DNA of 64,000 nt from Mobula hypostoma (lineage: Eukaryota). Positions 13,951 through 26,347 of this stretch are shown in pieces. Both the position numbers and the translations under genes were made by a program. Below the pieces are notes generated by a model, which was not told the DNA's origin, made no database searches, and was given only the letters and a program-made list of their open reading frames with translations. Each line of letters starts with the position of its first letter. The first letter of the stretch is position 1. The stretch spans positions 244,220,001 to 244,284,000 of the forward strand of contig NC_086097.1 in the NCBI RefSeq assembly GCF_963921235.1, given 5' to 3'.

Positions 13951-14749
13951 TTATGACAGTTGACAATGACAGTGACGGTGGAGGAAGGCCGCAGCTGTGA
14001 GGGGTCCCCGGTCATCTTGCACTCCATGATGCTGAACCCTGACCCTGATCTGTAAAGGACTGTGTGATGTCCGCCCATACATCAGCCTCCTCACGTTAAA
14101 CAAAGTCACACACAGGCATCCTGCACTATAACATCCTGGATTAAGTCATGGTGATCAGCAAGTGGCAAAGGGGCAGGATTGTGATGTCTGGAAGTGCTCA
14201 GAATATGTGGATCCCGGATCAGCCTCTGCAGCCATCTGAAGACCCACCAATAGACAACCCCTTAGGAGAACATCATACTCAACTCAAGTGATCGCAATAC
14301 TACTACTATTACAGCACAGAAACAAGTCCTTCAGCCCACCTAGTCTGTACCAAACTGTTATTCTGCCTAGTCCCATCAGCTGCACATGGTTCATAGCCCT
14401 CCATCCATTACTTATCCCAATTTCTCATAGACATTGTAGTCAAACCCACATCCACTACTTCTGCTGGGAGTTCATTCCACACTGAGTGGAGAAGTTCACA
14501 CCTAGGTTCTCCTTAAATGTTTCAGATCAACAATTAAATCAAGGCTCCATCTCTCTCAATTAATATTACTGATCCCAAGGGTCACTTTGTAGAAGACCTG
14601 GGTGGTTACTTTCACTGTCCTGGTCATTGTTTGTTTGCTCCCCAATCTGAAGGAGGTTATCAAGGCACTTTAATTTACTGGATGATAATTGACTGCCTAA
14701 TTTGCATTAGTGATTATCCTTGGGAAGTACAGTATATCATTGGCTATAA

Positions 14750-16310
14750 AGCAAGTCAGAGTTAATTTCTTATCAAAGTGCATTTACAGTATGTCACTAT
14801 CTTGAGATACATTTCCTTGCGAGCATTTACAGGAAAGTAACGAAATACGATAGAATTTATGAAAAACTACACACAGAGAAGACTGACAAATGACCAATAT
14901 ACAAAAGAAGACACTGCAAATAAAAGTAAATAAATAACTGACATTGAGAACTTGAGTTGTAACGAGTAGTTGAAAGTGAGTCTGTCGGTTGTGGAGTCAG
15001 TTCAGAGTAGTGGTGAGTGAAGTTCTCCATACTGGTTGAGGAGCCAGATTCCTGAAGGGTAATTACTGCCCCTGAACTTGGTGGTGTGGGACGTACGGCT
15101 CCTGTGCCACCTTCCCAATGGTAGCAGTGGGAATACAGCATGGCTTGGAAGGTGGGGCTCCCTGATGATGGATGCTGCTTTCTTGTGGCAGCACTCCATG
15201 TAAATGTGTTCAGTTGTGATGAGGGTTTTGTCTGCGAAGGACTGGGCTGTGTGCACCATTTTTTCATTCCTGGGCATTGTTTCCATTTCAGGCTGTGATG
15301 CAATAATACTCTCCACTGTGCATTTATAGAAGTTTGTCAAAGTTTTAATAACATGCCGAATCTGCCCAAACTTCTAAGAAAGTAGAGGTGCTGCCTTTGT
15401 AATGATATTTGCAGTACTTACTAGACCCAGGACAGACCCTCTGATATGGTAACAACGAGGAGTTTAAAGTTACTGACCTTCTCCACCTCTGATCCCTGAT
15501 GAGGACTGGCTCACGGATCCCAGTTTCCTCCTGCTGTAGTCAATAATCAGCTCTTTGTTTTTGCTGATGTTGAGTGAGAGGTTGTTGTTGTAACACCACT
15601 CAGCCAGATTTTCAATCTCCCTCTCATATGCTGATTCGTCACCGCCTTTGATCTGGCCAACAACAGCGGTGTCATCAGCAAACTGAAATTTGGCATTGGA
15701 GATGTACTTAGCCTCATGGAGAGGTGGTTGTCCATCTTGTCTGACGATGACAGGAGATCTGTGTGGGAGAGTTTTTAAAGTGGAAAAGCCGTTGCACTGA
15801 GGCAGTTCCAGTCTCTCGGTCTCAGAAGTCTGGGTCAGGTATGAACAAGCATCACAAACTGGGGTCAGAGGATAACCACGTGCTTTGTCATGCCCTTCTT
15901 ACTTCATGGAGTGTTGCAGTACCAGCTTCCTAGCCGTTGGATCTCACTGTAGAGCTCAAATTCCCAGTCCACCAGAGACTTCCCATGCTAGGACAGGCAT
16001 GTCCCTAACTCACCAGAGTATGGGGCTGCTGGCTACCTCATCTGGTTTAGCCTGCATGTCGAAGCGGTGTACTGGGGTGTGGTGGCTGTCAGAGCCACAG
16101 GTGAGAGCTGAGTGTCCAGTGGGGGCCAAAGGTGAGTGAGCTGTTCTGGAATTGACACAACAAGCCCCTTCACCAAAGGTGCTACCCCTCCCTGGACACC
16201 CCGTCCACCCCATAAAGTCAGTAGAGCAAGGGAAAAGCACACAGCCTTTTGGCGCACCTGTGCTGATGGCGACTGTGGAGGAGATGTTGTTGCCTATCCA
16301 AAATGACTGA
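14750..16310 (-). mobile_element. Rex1/Babar-type LINE remnant, interrupted at about 15715-16220 by an unclassified repeat
   Basis: ORFs 15002-15340 and 15547-15735, plus ISTGAPKGCVL encoded near 16230-16270. Confidence 0.7.
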
Positions 16311-16343
16311 GCTGATTCCTGTACCAATATTTTCCCCTTCCAG

Positions 16344-16495
16344 GTTTCCAGCCGGTCTTGCCGAATCAGCAGCAAAGTTTCCAGGGCCTGGTGGGAGTGC
16401 AACAACCTGCCCAGAGCCAGAACCTGCTGAATGGCCAGCAGGGAGGTCAGGTGTCGGGGGTGATGGTCCAGTACCCAGCCATGTCTTCTTACCAA
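16344..16495 (+). CDS. ARPP21: Penultimate coding exon of cAMP-regulated phosphoprotein 21 (long R3H/SUZ isoform)
   Basis: Acceptor TTTTCCCCTTCCAG|GT and donor CAA|GTAAG. The 152-nt exon runs phase 1 to phase 0 and encodes (G)FQPVLPNQQQSFQGLVGVQQPAQSQNLLNGQQGGQVSGVMVQYPAMSSYQ, resembling the recalled ARPP21 C-terminal Q-rich region. It splices in frame to 35718. Confidence 0.9.
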
Positions 16496-16574
16496 GTAAG
16501 TTGTCCCTACTCAGACTCGGAAGGGCTTGTCATTTTTCACTGGAGGAGAAAAAACATGCCAAAGGGAAATGCAG

Positions 16575-16829
16575 TTTTATTTTTATTTAGAGATACAGTG
16601 CAGAACAGGATTTATCGGCCCAAACAGCAGAACCACCCAGCAACCCACCTATTTACTCGTAGCCTAATCACAGGACAATTTACAATGACCAATTAAGCTA
16701 CTGACCGGTGCGTCTTTGCACTGTGGGAGGAAACCCAGGCGCCCACAGGGAGGACGAACAAACTCCTTACAGAGGACGCCAGAACTGAACTCCAAACTCC
16801 GACACCCCAAGCTACGCCACCGTGGCACC
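16575..16829 (-). mobile_element. V-SINE/HE1-like SINE
   Basis: Reverse complement of the 60418 family with box A/B remnants and a TTTATTT tail. Confidence 0.8.
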
Positions 16830-17269
16830 AAAGTCATCCCCCAGCTATGGGATTTGTAAAATAAATGCTTGATATATCATCTGAATAATAAATAATGTTC
16901 GCAAAGCGATAGTATACTTCTCACATTGAGAATATGTCATGTTCTTGTTCCTAATTAATTAATTAATTCTCGCCACAAATTAATTAAATTATTAATTCTC
17001 AATCTATTATTCATTAGCAAGCAATGGTCCAGTTCCTCTCTGCTGGTCGGACACCTAAATAATGAAACGTTTCCAGTGAACAGATGGTCTGCAGTTGCTT
17101 TCTTGGCCAAATTATCAACGTGGTTGTGCCAGGACAGGCTTTTCATGATGTACACTCCTCAGAACTTGAAGCTCGCAACCCTGTCAACATCAGCACCCTT
17201 GACAAAACTATAAGACATACCAGCAGAATGAGGCCTTTTGGCCCGTTGAGTCTGTTCCACCATTCCATC

Positions 17270-17556
17270 CATTTATTTTTTTGAATTAATTTACCCATAC
17301 AGACACTTACAGCCCAACAACGCCTCCACCCCCTCCCCCCTGATTTAGCCCTAACCTAATCGTGGCCATTTTTCAATTAACCTACTAGCTGGTACGCCTT
17401 TGGACTGTGAGAGGAAAACTGAGCACCCAGAAAAATCCCACACATTCCACGGGGAAAACGTACAGAGACCCCTTACAGAGGTCACTGGGATCGAACTCAG
17501 AACTCTGATGCCCCGAGCTGTAACAGTGTCGTGCTAACCACTACACTACCATAGCA
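17270..17556 (-). mobile_element. V-SINE/HE1-like SINE
   Basis: Box B GAGTTCGATCCC on - and the V-domain TTTCCTCTCACAGTCCAAAG. Confidence 0.8.
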
Positions 17557-17863
17557 CTCTTTGATCGACTTACTTTCCCTTTCAAGCCCATTCTCCTTCC
17601 TTCTCCCTGTACCCTTTGACCCTCTCACCAATCAAGAGCCTATCAACCTCTGTTTTAAATATACCTACTGACGGCCTCCATAGCCATCTGGGGCAACAAA
17701 TTCAACAGATTCAGCACCCAATGGGTATAAAGAAATTGCTCCACACCTCTATTCTAAAGGGATATCCTTCTATTCTGAGGCTTTGCCCTCCGGTCTGAGA
17801 CTCGTAATTTCAGGACTAGGTGCAACACCTCTACTTCCTCAGCAGGCTAAACGATTTGACATG

Positions 17864-18574
17864 TGTGGCCCCCCTGGCAAGCCTCAGGGTCGCTCAACTC
17901 GCTGCTATCTAGGGAAACAGCCCTCGGCTCCGCCAACCTGGGTAATTAAGTTTGTGTGGATGCTGTGTGATGTACCCCACCCCGCCAAATAACAGACAAT
18001 ACACCATATACGATTAAATGAATTACAGTTTATAGATATTACTGGAACTATCTAATTAATAGAGATAAAATATAAAAGGAAAATAAAAGGTGCCACACTT
18101 ATCAAAGTTCAATCTCTTCGTGCACAAACAGTTGGAGCTCTAGTAACGATTCTGTCTTCACCATTCGATCCCCTCTGACCACCTCGACCTGCTGCCTGGG
18201 TCGAACCACGGTGATCGACCAGACGCTCCACACGAGTCTGTCTCCGTCTCCTCTCCTCGCCGAAGACCCTGGACCTCGGACTCCGGCTCGGGGTCCGACC
18301 TTGTTAGCCGACTCACAGCACCTTGTCCATCCTCTCGCTGTCCATCGCGCCTTCTCCCGTGCATCACAATAACTTAGAGACACACTAGAAAGAATTAACA
18401 TCTATCCCAATTGGTTCGTTTGCTCTCTTATCAATAATATATAACCCAAACAAGCTGATAGCAAGAGAACTTTCTCAGCAGTTAACATAACAAAGAAGCC
18501 ATTTTAATTATAACATAAAAAAGAAGCCATTTTAATTAGCCTACGCAGTAACATAGAAGAAGAAACCCCTTACA
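17864..18574 (-). mobile_element. Solo LTR (711 bp), Gypsy/ERV-like
   Basis: Reads TGTAAGGGG...GGGGGGCCACA on -, with a perfect 4-bp TSD CATG at 17860-17863 and 18575-18578. The interior is CpG-rich with no coding sequence. Orientation is inferred. Confidence 0.85.
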
Positions 18575-19943
18575 CATGTTAGAAGCAGAATCATGTTTAT
18601 TATCACTGACATATAGTATGTCATGAAATTTGATTTTTACGGAAACAGTACAGTGCAAAACATAAAAATTACTGTCACTTACAAAAAAATAAATGAGTGC
18701 AAAAGAGTTGGTGTTCATGGGTTCATGGACCATTCAGAAAGAGGGGGAAGAAACTATTTTGAAAATGTTGAGTGTGGGTCTTCAGGCTTCTGCACCTCCT
18801 TCCTGATGGTAATATCTACACTCAACTTCACTTGCCCCATCATTGGAATGTTCCCACCTCCAATGATCTCACTTTTGAGGACTCTTTATGTCATTATCTC
18901 ATGTTCACACTATTTATTGCTATTTGTTTATTTTTGCACTGATCCTGTTATAGTTAATATTTTATAGATTTGCTGAATATCTTCACAAGGACATGAATCT
19001 CAGGGTTGTATATGGTGATATATATGTACTTTGGTATTAAAATTTACTTTGAACTTAGAGAAGAGGGCATGTCCTGGGTGGCGAGGGTTTTTCGTGATAG
19101 ATATTGCCTTTTTGAGGCACCACCTCTTGAAGATGCCCTTGATGCCGGGGAGGGTTGTGCCCCAGTGGCTGAATCTACAACCTCGGCAGCCTCCTGCAAT
19201 CCTGTATATCAGAGACTTCAAAGTTCAAGTTCAAAGTAACTTTTTAATCACAGTCTGTATATCACATGCAATCTTGAGATTCATTTACTTGCAGCGGTTT
19301 ACAGGAAAGTGAAGAAATACAAGAGAATTTATGGAAAACAACGCAGACACAGAACACTGACCAGCTGACACGCAATGTGCAAAAGAGGGCAAATTGTGCA
19401 AATAATCTTAAAAAAGGAAATAAATTATACTGAGAACATGAGTTGTAGAGTCCTTGAAAGTGAGTCGATGGTTGTGGAGTCAGCTCACTGTCGCGGTGAT
19501 TGAAGTTATCCACACCAGTTCAGGAGCCCGATGGTTGTAGGGTAACAACTGTTCAGAACCTGGTACATTTCTGAAGGGGAAATTGCAGACTGCAGCGATT
19601 ATAGTTCAGAAGAAATATAATCACCAGTAGTTTTGTGAGATGTCAAACTGTGATGCAACCAGTTAGAATGCTCTGTAGAAGTTTGCTCGGGTCTGTGGTG
19701 ACATACCAAATCGCCTCACACTCCCAAAGAAATATAACTGCTGGCCTGGTTTATTTGTGATTGCATCAGTGTGTTGGGCCGAGGATAGACAAAGCTCAGT
19801 GGGGAATGAAGCGTCACTGCTAATTATGGTTTCAGATTTCTGATATAGGAAATGATGGCATGGAAACCCTGCCACAGCTGTCATGCATCCGATTGGATCT
19901 CTAACTTCAAACAGAATTGCCTTTTCCATCTAACAATAGCCTT

Positions 19944-20930
19944 ACATAGAAACATAGAAAACCTACAGCACAATACAGGCCCTTCGGCCCACAAAGTTGT
20001 GCCGAACATATCCCTACCTTAGAAATTACCTAGGGTTACCCATAGCCCTCTATTTTTCTAAGCTCCATGTATCTATCCAAAAGTCTCTTAAAAGACCCTA
20101 TCGTATCCACCTCCACCACCGTTGCCGGCAGCCCATTCCACGCACACACCACTCTCTGCGTAAAAAACTTACCCCTGACATCTCCTCTGTACCTACTCCC
20201 CAGCACCTTAAAACTGTGCCTTCTTGTGGCAGCCATTTCAGCCCTGGGAAAAAGCCCTGACTATCCACACGATCAATGCTTCTCATCATCTTAAACCTCT
20301 ATCAGGCCACCTCTCATCCTCCGTCGCTCCAAGGAGAAAAGGCCGTTCACTCATCCTGTCTTCATAAGGCATGCTCCCCAATCCAAGCAACATCCTTATA
20401 ATTCTCCTCTGCGCCCTTTCTATGGTTTCCGCATCCTTCCTGTAGTGTGGCGACCAGAACTGAGCACAGTACTCTCAAGTGGGGTCTGACCAGGGTCCTA
20501 TATAGCTGCAACATTACCTCTTGGCTCCTAAATTCAATTCCACGATTGGTGAAGGGCAATACGCCGTATGCCTTCTTAACCACAGAATCAACTTGAGCAG
20601 CTGCTTTGAGCATCCTAGGGACTCGGACCCCAAGATCCCTCTGATCCTCCACACTGCCAAGAGTCTTACCATTAATGCCATCATATTTGACCTACCAAAA
20701 TGAACCACTTCACACTTATCTGGTTCGAACTCTAGCTGCCACTTCTCAGCCCAGTTTTGCATCCTATCAATGTCCCGCTGTAAACTCTGACAGCCCTCCA
20801 CACTACCTACAACACCCCCAACCTTTGTGTCATCAGCAAACTTACTAACCCATCCCTCCACTTCCTCATCCAGGTCATTAATAAAAATCACGAAGAGTAA
20901 GGGTCCCAGAACAGATCCCTGAGGCACACC
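19944..20930 (-). mobile_element. 5'-truncated CR1
   Basis: ORFs 20514-20927 ([17 protein letters not shown]) and 20362-20652, with a (TTTCTATG)n tail. Confidence 0.9.
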
Positions 20931-21348
20931 TAGGTCATACCTTGTCTTCTTGAAGGGTTCTGGATCGCCGGTCTTGAACTCAGTTTACAAGTCCTGTCAA
21001 TCCTCATCAATTTTTATCAATGCATTACAGAAAGCATCCCATCTGCATGTATCAAAGCTTAGTACAGCAACTGCTCTGCCTGTAAATGCAGAAAACTACA
21101 GAGAGTGTGGACACAGCTTCGCACATCAAGGAAACCAGCCTTCTCCCCATGGCTTCTGTCTGCATTTCTCGCCGCCTCAGTAAAGTAGCCAGTAGCAAAG
21201 ACCTCACCCACAATGGACGTTCTCTCTTCTCCCCCCAAAATCCTGAAACCATGTACCACTAGGCTCAAGTACAGCTTCTGCTCCACTGTTATAAGACTAA
21301 TATGTGGTTATGTGGTACAATAAGATGGACTCTTAATCGCACAAACTA

Positions 21349-21876
21349 CAGTACTGTGCAAAAGTCTTAAGCACATATAGCTAGGGAGCCTAAGACTTTT
21401 CCACAGTACTTTAGTAATTTTATGTACTGTGCTGCATTGCTGCCACAAAAAAAACAAATTTTCATGACATACGTGAGTGTTTCGGACATGGGTCTCTTTT
21501 GTGGACTGAGAGTGGGAAGGGGGCAGGGAGAGGGGAATCATGTTTGGGAAAAGGGGAAGGGAGAGGGGAGGGGGCGGAAAGCACCAGATAGACATTCTGT
21601 AATGATCAATAACCAATTGTTTGAAATCAAATTACCTTGTCCGGTGTCTCAGGGCTGGGTGTGTCTACACCCACGTCACCCCCACCCCTGGCACTCCTAC
21701 TGTGCCAGCTGTCCCACAGCCCACCCGAGGCGCACCACCCTCACCATTCTCAACATCCTTTGCTCCTGTCAGATTTACAAACTCACTCCCTGCTCCACAT
21801 TGACAAGTACAGTAGTGTGCAAAAGTCTTCAGCACCCTAGGTATATATATGCGCCTAAGATTATTGCACAGTGCTG
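21349..21876. mobile_element. Non-autonomous Tc1/mariner-like element with palindromic terminal cassettes
   Basis: TA|CAGTACTGTGCAAAAGTCTT ... TTGCACAGTGCTG|TA. Each end (21349-21411 and 21810-21876) is itself an inverted repeat. Confidence 0.85.
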
Positions 21877-22039
21877 TACTTCATTATGATCTCGCACCTT
21901 CTTGTCTACCTGCACTTCAACTTTCTCAGTAACTGTAACACTTTACTCTGCATTCTGTTATTGTTTCACCTTAATGCACTGTGTAAACAGTTTACAAGCT
22001 TGTCACTCTCCTTTAGTAAATGTGACAACAATAAACCAA

Positions 22040-23255
22040 TTGTGCGTGTCCTATCAGTGGCGTCAACAGAGCTTTACCAAGAGGGATTTCTCGCAGGTCG
22101 GCGGCGGTTATTTAAAAAGGGAGCTTCGAGAGTGTTAGTCCATTGTACGTGGCCTATCAGCAGCTACAACCGGAGCACCAATCGTGAGTTAAATAGCAGG
22201 GAAGGTTCAGGCGTAAAAGGGAGACACTGCCTAGCAGAGCAGTTATCGACGGAGTGATCTGAGGCAGAGTGCTAGGGCTTTGGCTCATTCCGGCTTCAGC
22301 GATCTCGGGTCAAGGCTTCCCCCAGGTGACCGTGTATTTCCCCCAGTTAACCGTGTGTTTCTCCCAGGTGACAGGTGCCCTGAAACTCCTCCAACCAAGT
22401 GTGACAGTGGAAAAGTGAGTATGGAACCGGAGGAAATAGCAGAGGTACTTAATGAATACTTTGCTTCAGTATTCACTATGGTGATTGTAGTGATGACTTG
22501 CAACATACTGAAAAGCTTGAGCATGTAGATATTAAGAAAGAGGATGTGCTGGAGCTTTTGGAAAGCATCAAGTTGGATAAGTCACTGGGACCGGATGGGA
22601 TGTACCCCAGGCTACTGTGGGAAGCGAGGAAGGAAATTGCTGAACTTCTGGCAATGATCTTTGCATCATCGATGAGGACGGGAGAGGTTCCGGAGAATTG
22701 GAGGGTTGCGGATGTTGTTCCCTTATTCAAGAAAGGGAGTAGGGATAGCTCAGGAAATTATAGACCAGTGAGTCTTACGTCAGTGGTTGGCAAGTTGATG
22801 GAGAAGATCCTGAGAGGCAGGATATATGAACATTTGGAGAGGCATAATATGATTAGGAATAGTCAGCATGGCTTTGTCAAAGGCAGGTCGTGCCTTACGA
22901 GCCTGACTGAATTTTTTAAGGATGTGACTAAACACATTGATGAAGGTAGAGCAATAGATGTAGTGTATTTGTATTTCAGCAAGGCATTTGATAAGGTACC
23001 CCATGCAAGGATTATTGAGAAAGTAAGGAGGCATGGGATCCAAGAGGACACTGCTTTGTGGATCCAGAACTGGCTTGCCCACAGAAGGCAAAGAGTGGTT
23101 GTAGACGGGTCATATTCTGCATGGAGGTCAGTGACCAGTGTTGTGCCTCAGGGATCTGTTCTGGGACTCCTACTGTTTGTGATTTTTATAAATGACCTGG
23201 ATGTGGAAGTGGAGGGACAGGTTAGTAAATTTGCTGATGACAAAAAGGTTGGGGT
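22040..23255 (+). mobile_element. CR1 with 5'UTR joined directly to the ORF2 RT region
   Basis: CpG-rich leader sharing GGCTTTGGCT..GGCTTCAGC with the CR1 5'UTR near 3970-3997, followed by the 263-aa RT ORF 22498-23289. Confidence 0.8.
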
Positions 23256-23754
23256 GATAGAATTCTACTCAGATAGACTAAGTGAATGAACACCTCATTA
23301 TATCTTCTCTGAGTGCTGCTATGATATTGTCCCTGATAAGTAGTGGCTAACTTGTTGAAGTTTGATGGAGAACAGGATGAATGGCTCCATGCCTCAGACC
23401 CTATCCTTCAGAAACAAAGGTCCAAGTTCAAAGTACATTTATCAAAGTACATATATGTCACCATGTACTACCTTGAGATTCATTTTCTTGTGGGCATGTA
23501 CAACAAAGAAACTATCAATCTACAGACCGTGTCACTCACTGAGCTATATTATTTTTTGTGTCTGTATGTTTTTCTGGTTTTGTAACTATATGTGTTATGT
23601 GTTATATGCTGTATGCTCTATGCTGTGTGCTGTGTGCTGTTGGCACTGTGTTTTGCACTTTGGCCCCAGAGGAATGCTGTTTCCTTTGGCTGTATTCATG
23701 TTGAACTTGAGAAATTTTAATTGCCATCAACCATAAACATACTGCTGCTGCTGA

Positions 23755-24722
23755 TGCCATCATTTTCAACCTCTCACTGCTACGAGCAGAAGTTCCCACT
23801 TGCTTCAAAAAGGCAACGATTATACCAGTGCCCAAGGAGAATAATGTGAGCTGCTAGAATCTCAGGTGGTGATGAGGGGGCGTACAGGAATGAGATATGC
23901 TAACTAGTGGAGTGGTGCCACAGCAACAACCTGGCACTCAATATCAGTAAGATGAAAGAGCTGATTGTGGACTTCAGGATTGTGGACAAAGGAACACATA
24001 CCAATCCTCATAGTGGGATCAGAAGTGGAGAGAGTGAGCAGTTTCAAGTTCCTGGGTGTCAAGATCTCTGAGGATCTAATCTGGTCCCAACATATTGATG
24101 TAGTTAAAAAGAAGGCAAGACAGCAGCTATACTTTATTAGAAGTTTGAAGAGATTTGGCATGTCAACAAATACACTCAAAAACTTTTATGGTTGTACCAT
24201 GGAGAGCATTCTGACAGGCTGCATCACTGTCTGGTATGGGGCGGCTACTGCACAGGACCGCAAGAAGCTGCAGAGGCTTGTAAATCTAGTCAGCTCCATC
24301 TTGGGCACTAGCCTACAAAGTACCCAGGACATCTTCAGGGAGCGGTGTCTCAGAAAGGCAGCGTCCATTATTAAGGATCTCCAGCACCCAGGGGATGCCC
24401 TTTTCTCACTGTTACCAGCAGGTAGGAGGTACAGAAGCCTGCAGGCACACACTCAGTGATTCAGGAACAGCTTCTTCCCCTCTGCCATCCGATTCCTAAA
24501 TGGACATTGAACCCATGAACACTACCTCACTTTTTTTTAACTATACAGTATTTCTGTTTTTTGCACATTTTTAATCTATTCAGTATACATATCCTGTAAT
24601 TGATTTACATACTTATTATTTTTTTCTCCTCTATATTCTGTATTGCATTGAACTGCTGCTGCTGTTAACAAATTGCACGTCACATGCCGGTGATAATAAA
24701 CCTGATTCTGATTCTGATTCTG
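23755..24722 (+). mobile_element. Rex1/Babar-type LINE 3' part
   Basis: ORF 23965-24459 (VERVSSFKFLGV, LPAGRRYRS) and an (ATTCTG)n tail at about 24703-24722. Confidence 0.85.
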
Positions 24723-26347
24723 AAAGCTCAAGAGCCTCAGAACCCGCACCACTGGGTTCAGGAATAGTCACTACCCCTCAACCATCGGACTCTTCAATAA
24801 AAGGGGATAACTACACTCGCCTGCCCCATCATTTATATGTTCCCACAACCAATGATCTCACTTTAAGGACTCTTTATCTCATGTTCTTGATATTTATTGC
24901 TATTTATTTATATTTGCATTTGCACAGTTTCTTGTCTTCTGCACTCTAGTTGATCTTTCATTGATCCTGTTATAGTTACTATTCTATAGATTTGCTGAGT
25001 ATCCCAACACCAAAATGAATCTCAGGGTTATATATGACAACTTTGATAACAAAATATACTTTGATCTTTGAACTTTGAAATACAATAAAATCAATTAAAA
25101 ACTACACACAGAGCAATCAATGTGCAAATGAAGACAAGCTGTAGACAAAGAAATGAGAATACAGAGAAATGAGTCTTCTAGAGTCGTTAGGTTATGGAAT
25201 CAGTTCAGAAGCAACACAAGGTATCATACAAGGAATCTGCTCCTGCCCATCTCTCTAAGGGCCAATGTACAGTATTTTGCAGCTTTTCCTTTCCAATGGA
25301 GGTCACTAGCCTTCTGTGGACAAAGCCAGACCATAGACTGCTTTGTCTGTAGAGGTGAAAGTCATTCTCACCTTTGTGATTGTTTACCATTTTATCAATT
25401 TAATCTGCCAGACTGTGCGTCTGCTGTATTAAATTCATTAGCATGCCTCAGAGAAATTTCACCTTGAACATATGATGCTGGATTATCACTAGTAGATTTA
25501 TTACTCCAGGTCTTTGGAGATACAGCACTGAACAGGCCCTTATGGCAAAATGAGCAGCTCTGCCTAGCAACCTGTCTATTTAACATTAGTCTAGTCACAG
25601 GATAGCTTACAATGACCAATTAACCTACTGATCCATACATCTCTGGCCTGTGCGAGGAAGCCAGAGAACCCAGAGGAAACCCATGCAGTTCATTATATAT
25701 CTTAGATTTGTTCTTATTAAAGACAAACTCGGTGTGGGTTTATGTCAGAACGTTTTATTACTGAACTGCTTCTCAACCATGTGCATACGCAACTGCAGGG
25801 AACCATTGTAGCTTCCAGTTCCCGGTGAACGGCTCATGTTCCCCACGGGGGACTTAAGTTCTTTATTATCCATACATAATAACACAGTGCCATCGACCTG
25901 TACCTGGACCATAAGACTTAGGAGCAAAATTAGGCCATTTAGCCCATAGAGTCTGCTCCGCCATTCCATCATGGCTGATCCTGGATCCCATTTAACCCTC
26001 TGCACCTACCTTATTGCCATATCCTTTAATGCCTTGACCGATCAGGAAATGATCAACTTTCACCTTAAATATACACACGAACTTAGCCTCCACTGCATTC
26101 TGTGGCAGAGCTTTCCGCAGATTTACTACTCTCTAGCTAAAAAAATTCCTCCCTACCTCTGTTCAAAAGGGTCGCTCCTCACTTTTGAGGCTCTGCCCTC
26201 AAGTTCTGGATACCCCGACCACAGGAAACATCCTCTCCACATCCACCCTATCTAGTCCTTTCAATATTCGATAGATTTCAATGAGATCCCCCCTGCATTT
26301 TCGTAAAGTCTAGTGAGTATAGGCCCAAAGCTGTCAAACACTCCTCA

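Noticed and set aside
16358..16696. 112-aa ORF as a single-exon gene
   Set aside because: Only 16344-16495 is exonic. The rest reads through the donor site into intron and SINE sequence.
25690..25884. Possible short solo LTR ending ...ATAATAACA
   Set aside because: The TG start and the candidate CAGT TSD cannot both be satisfied, so support is insufficient.
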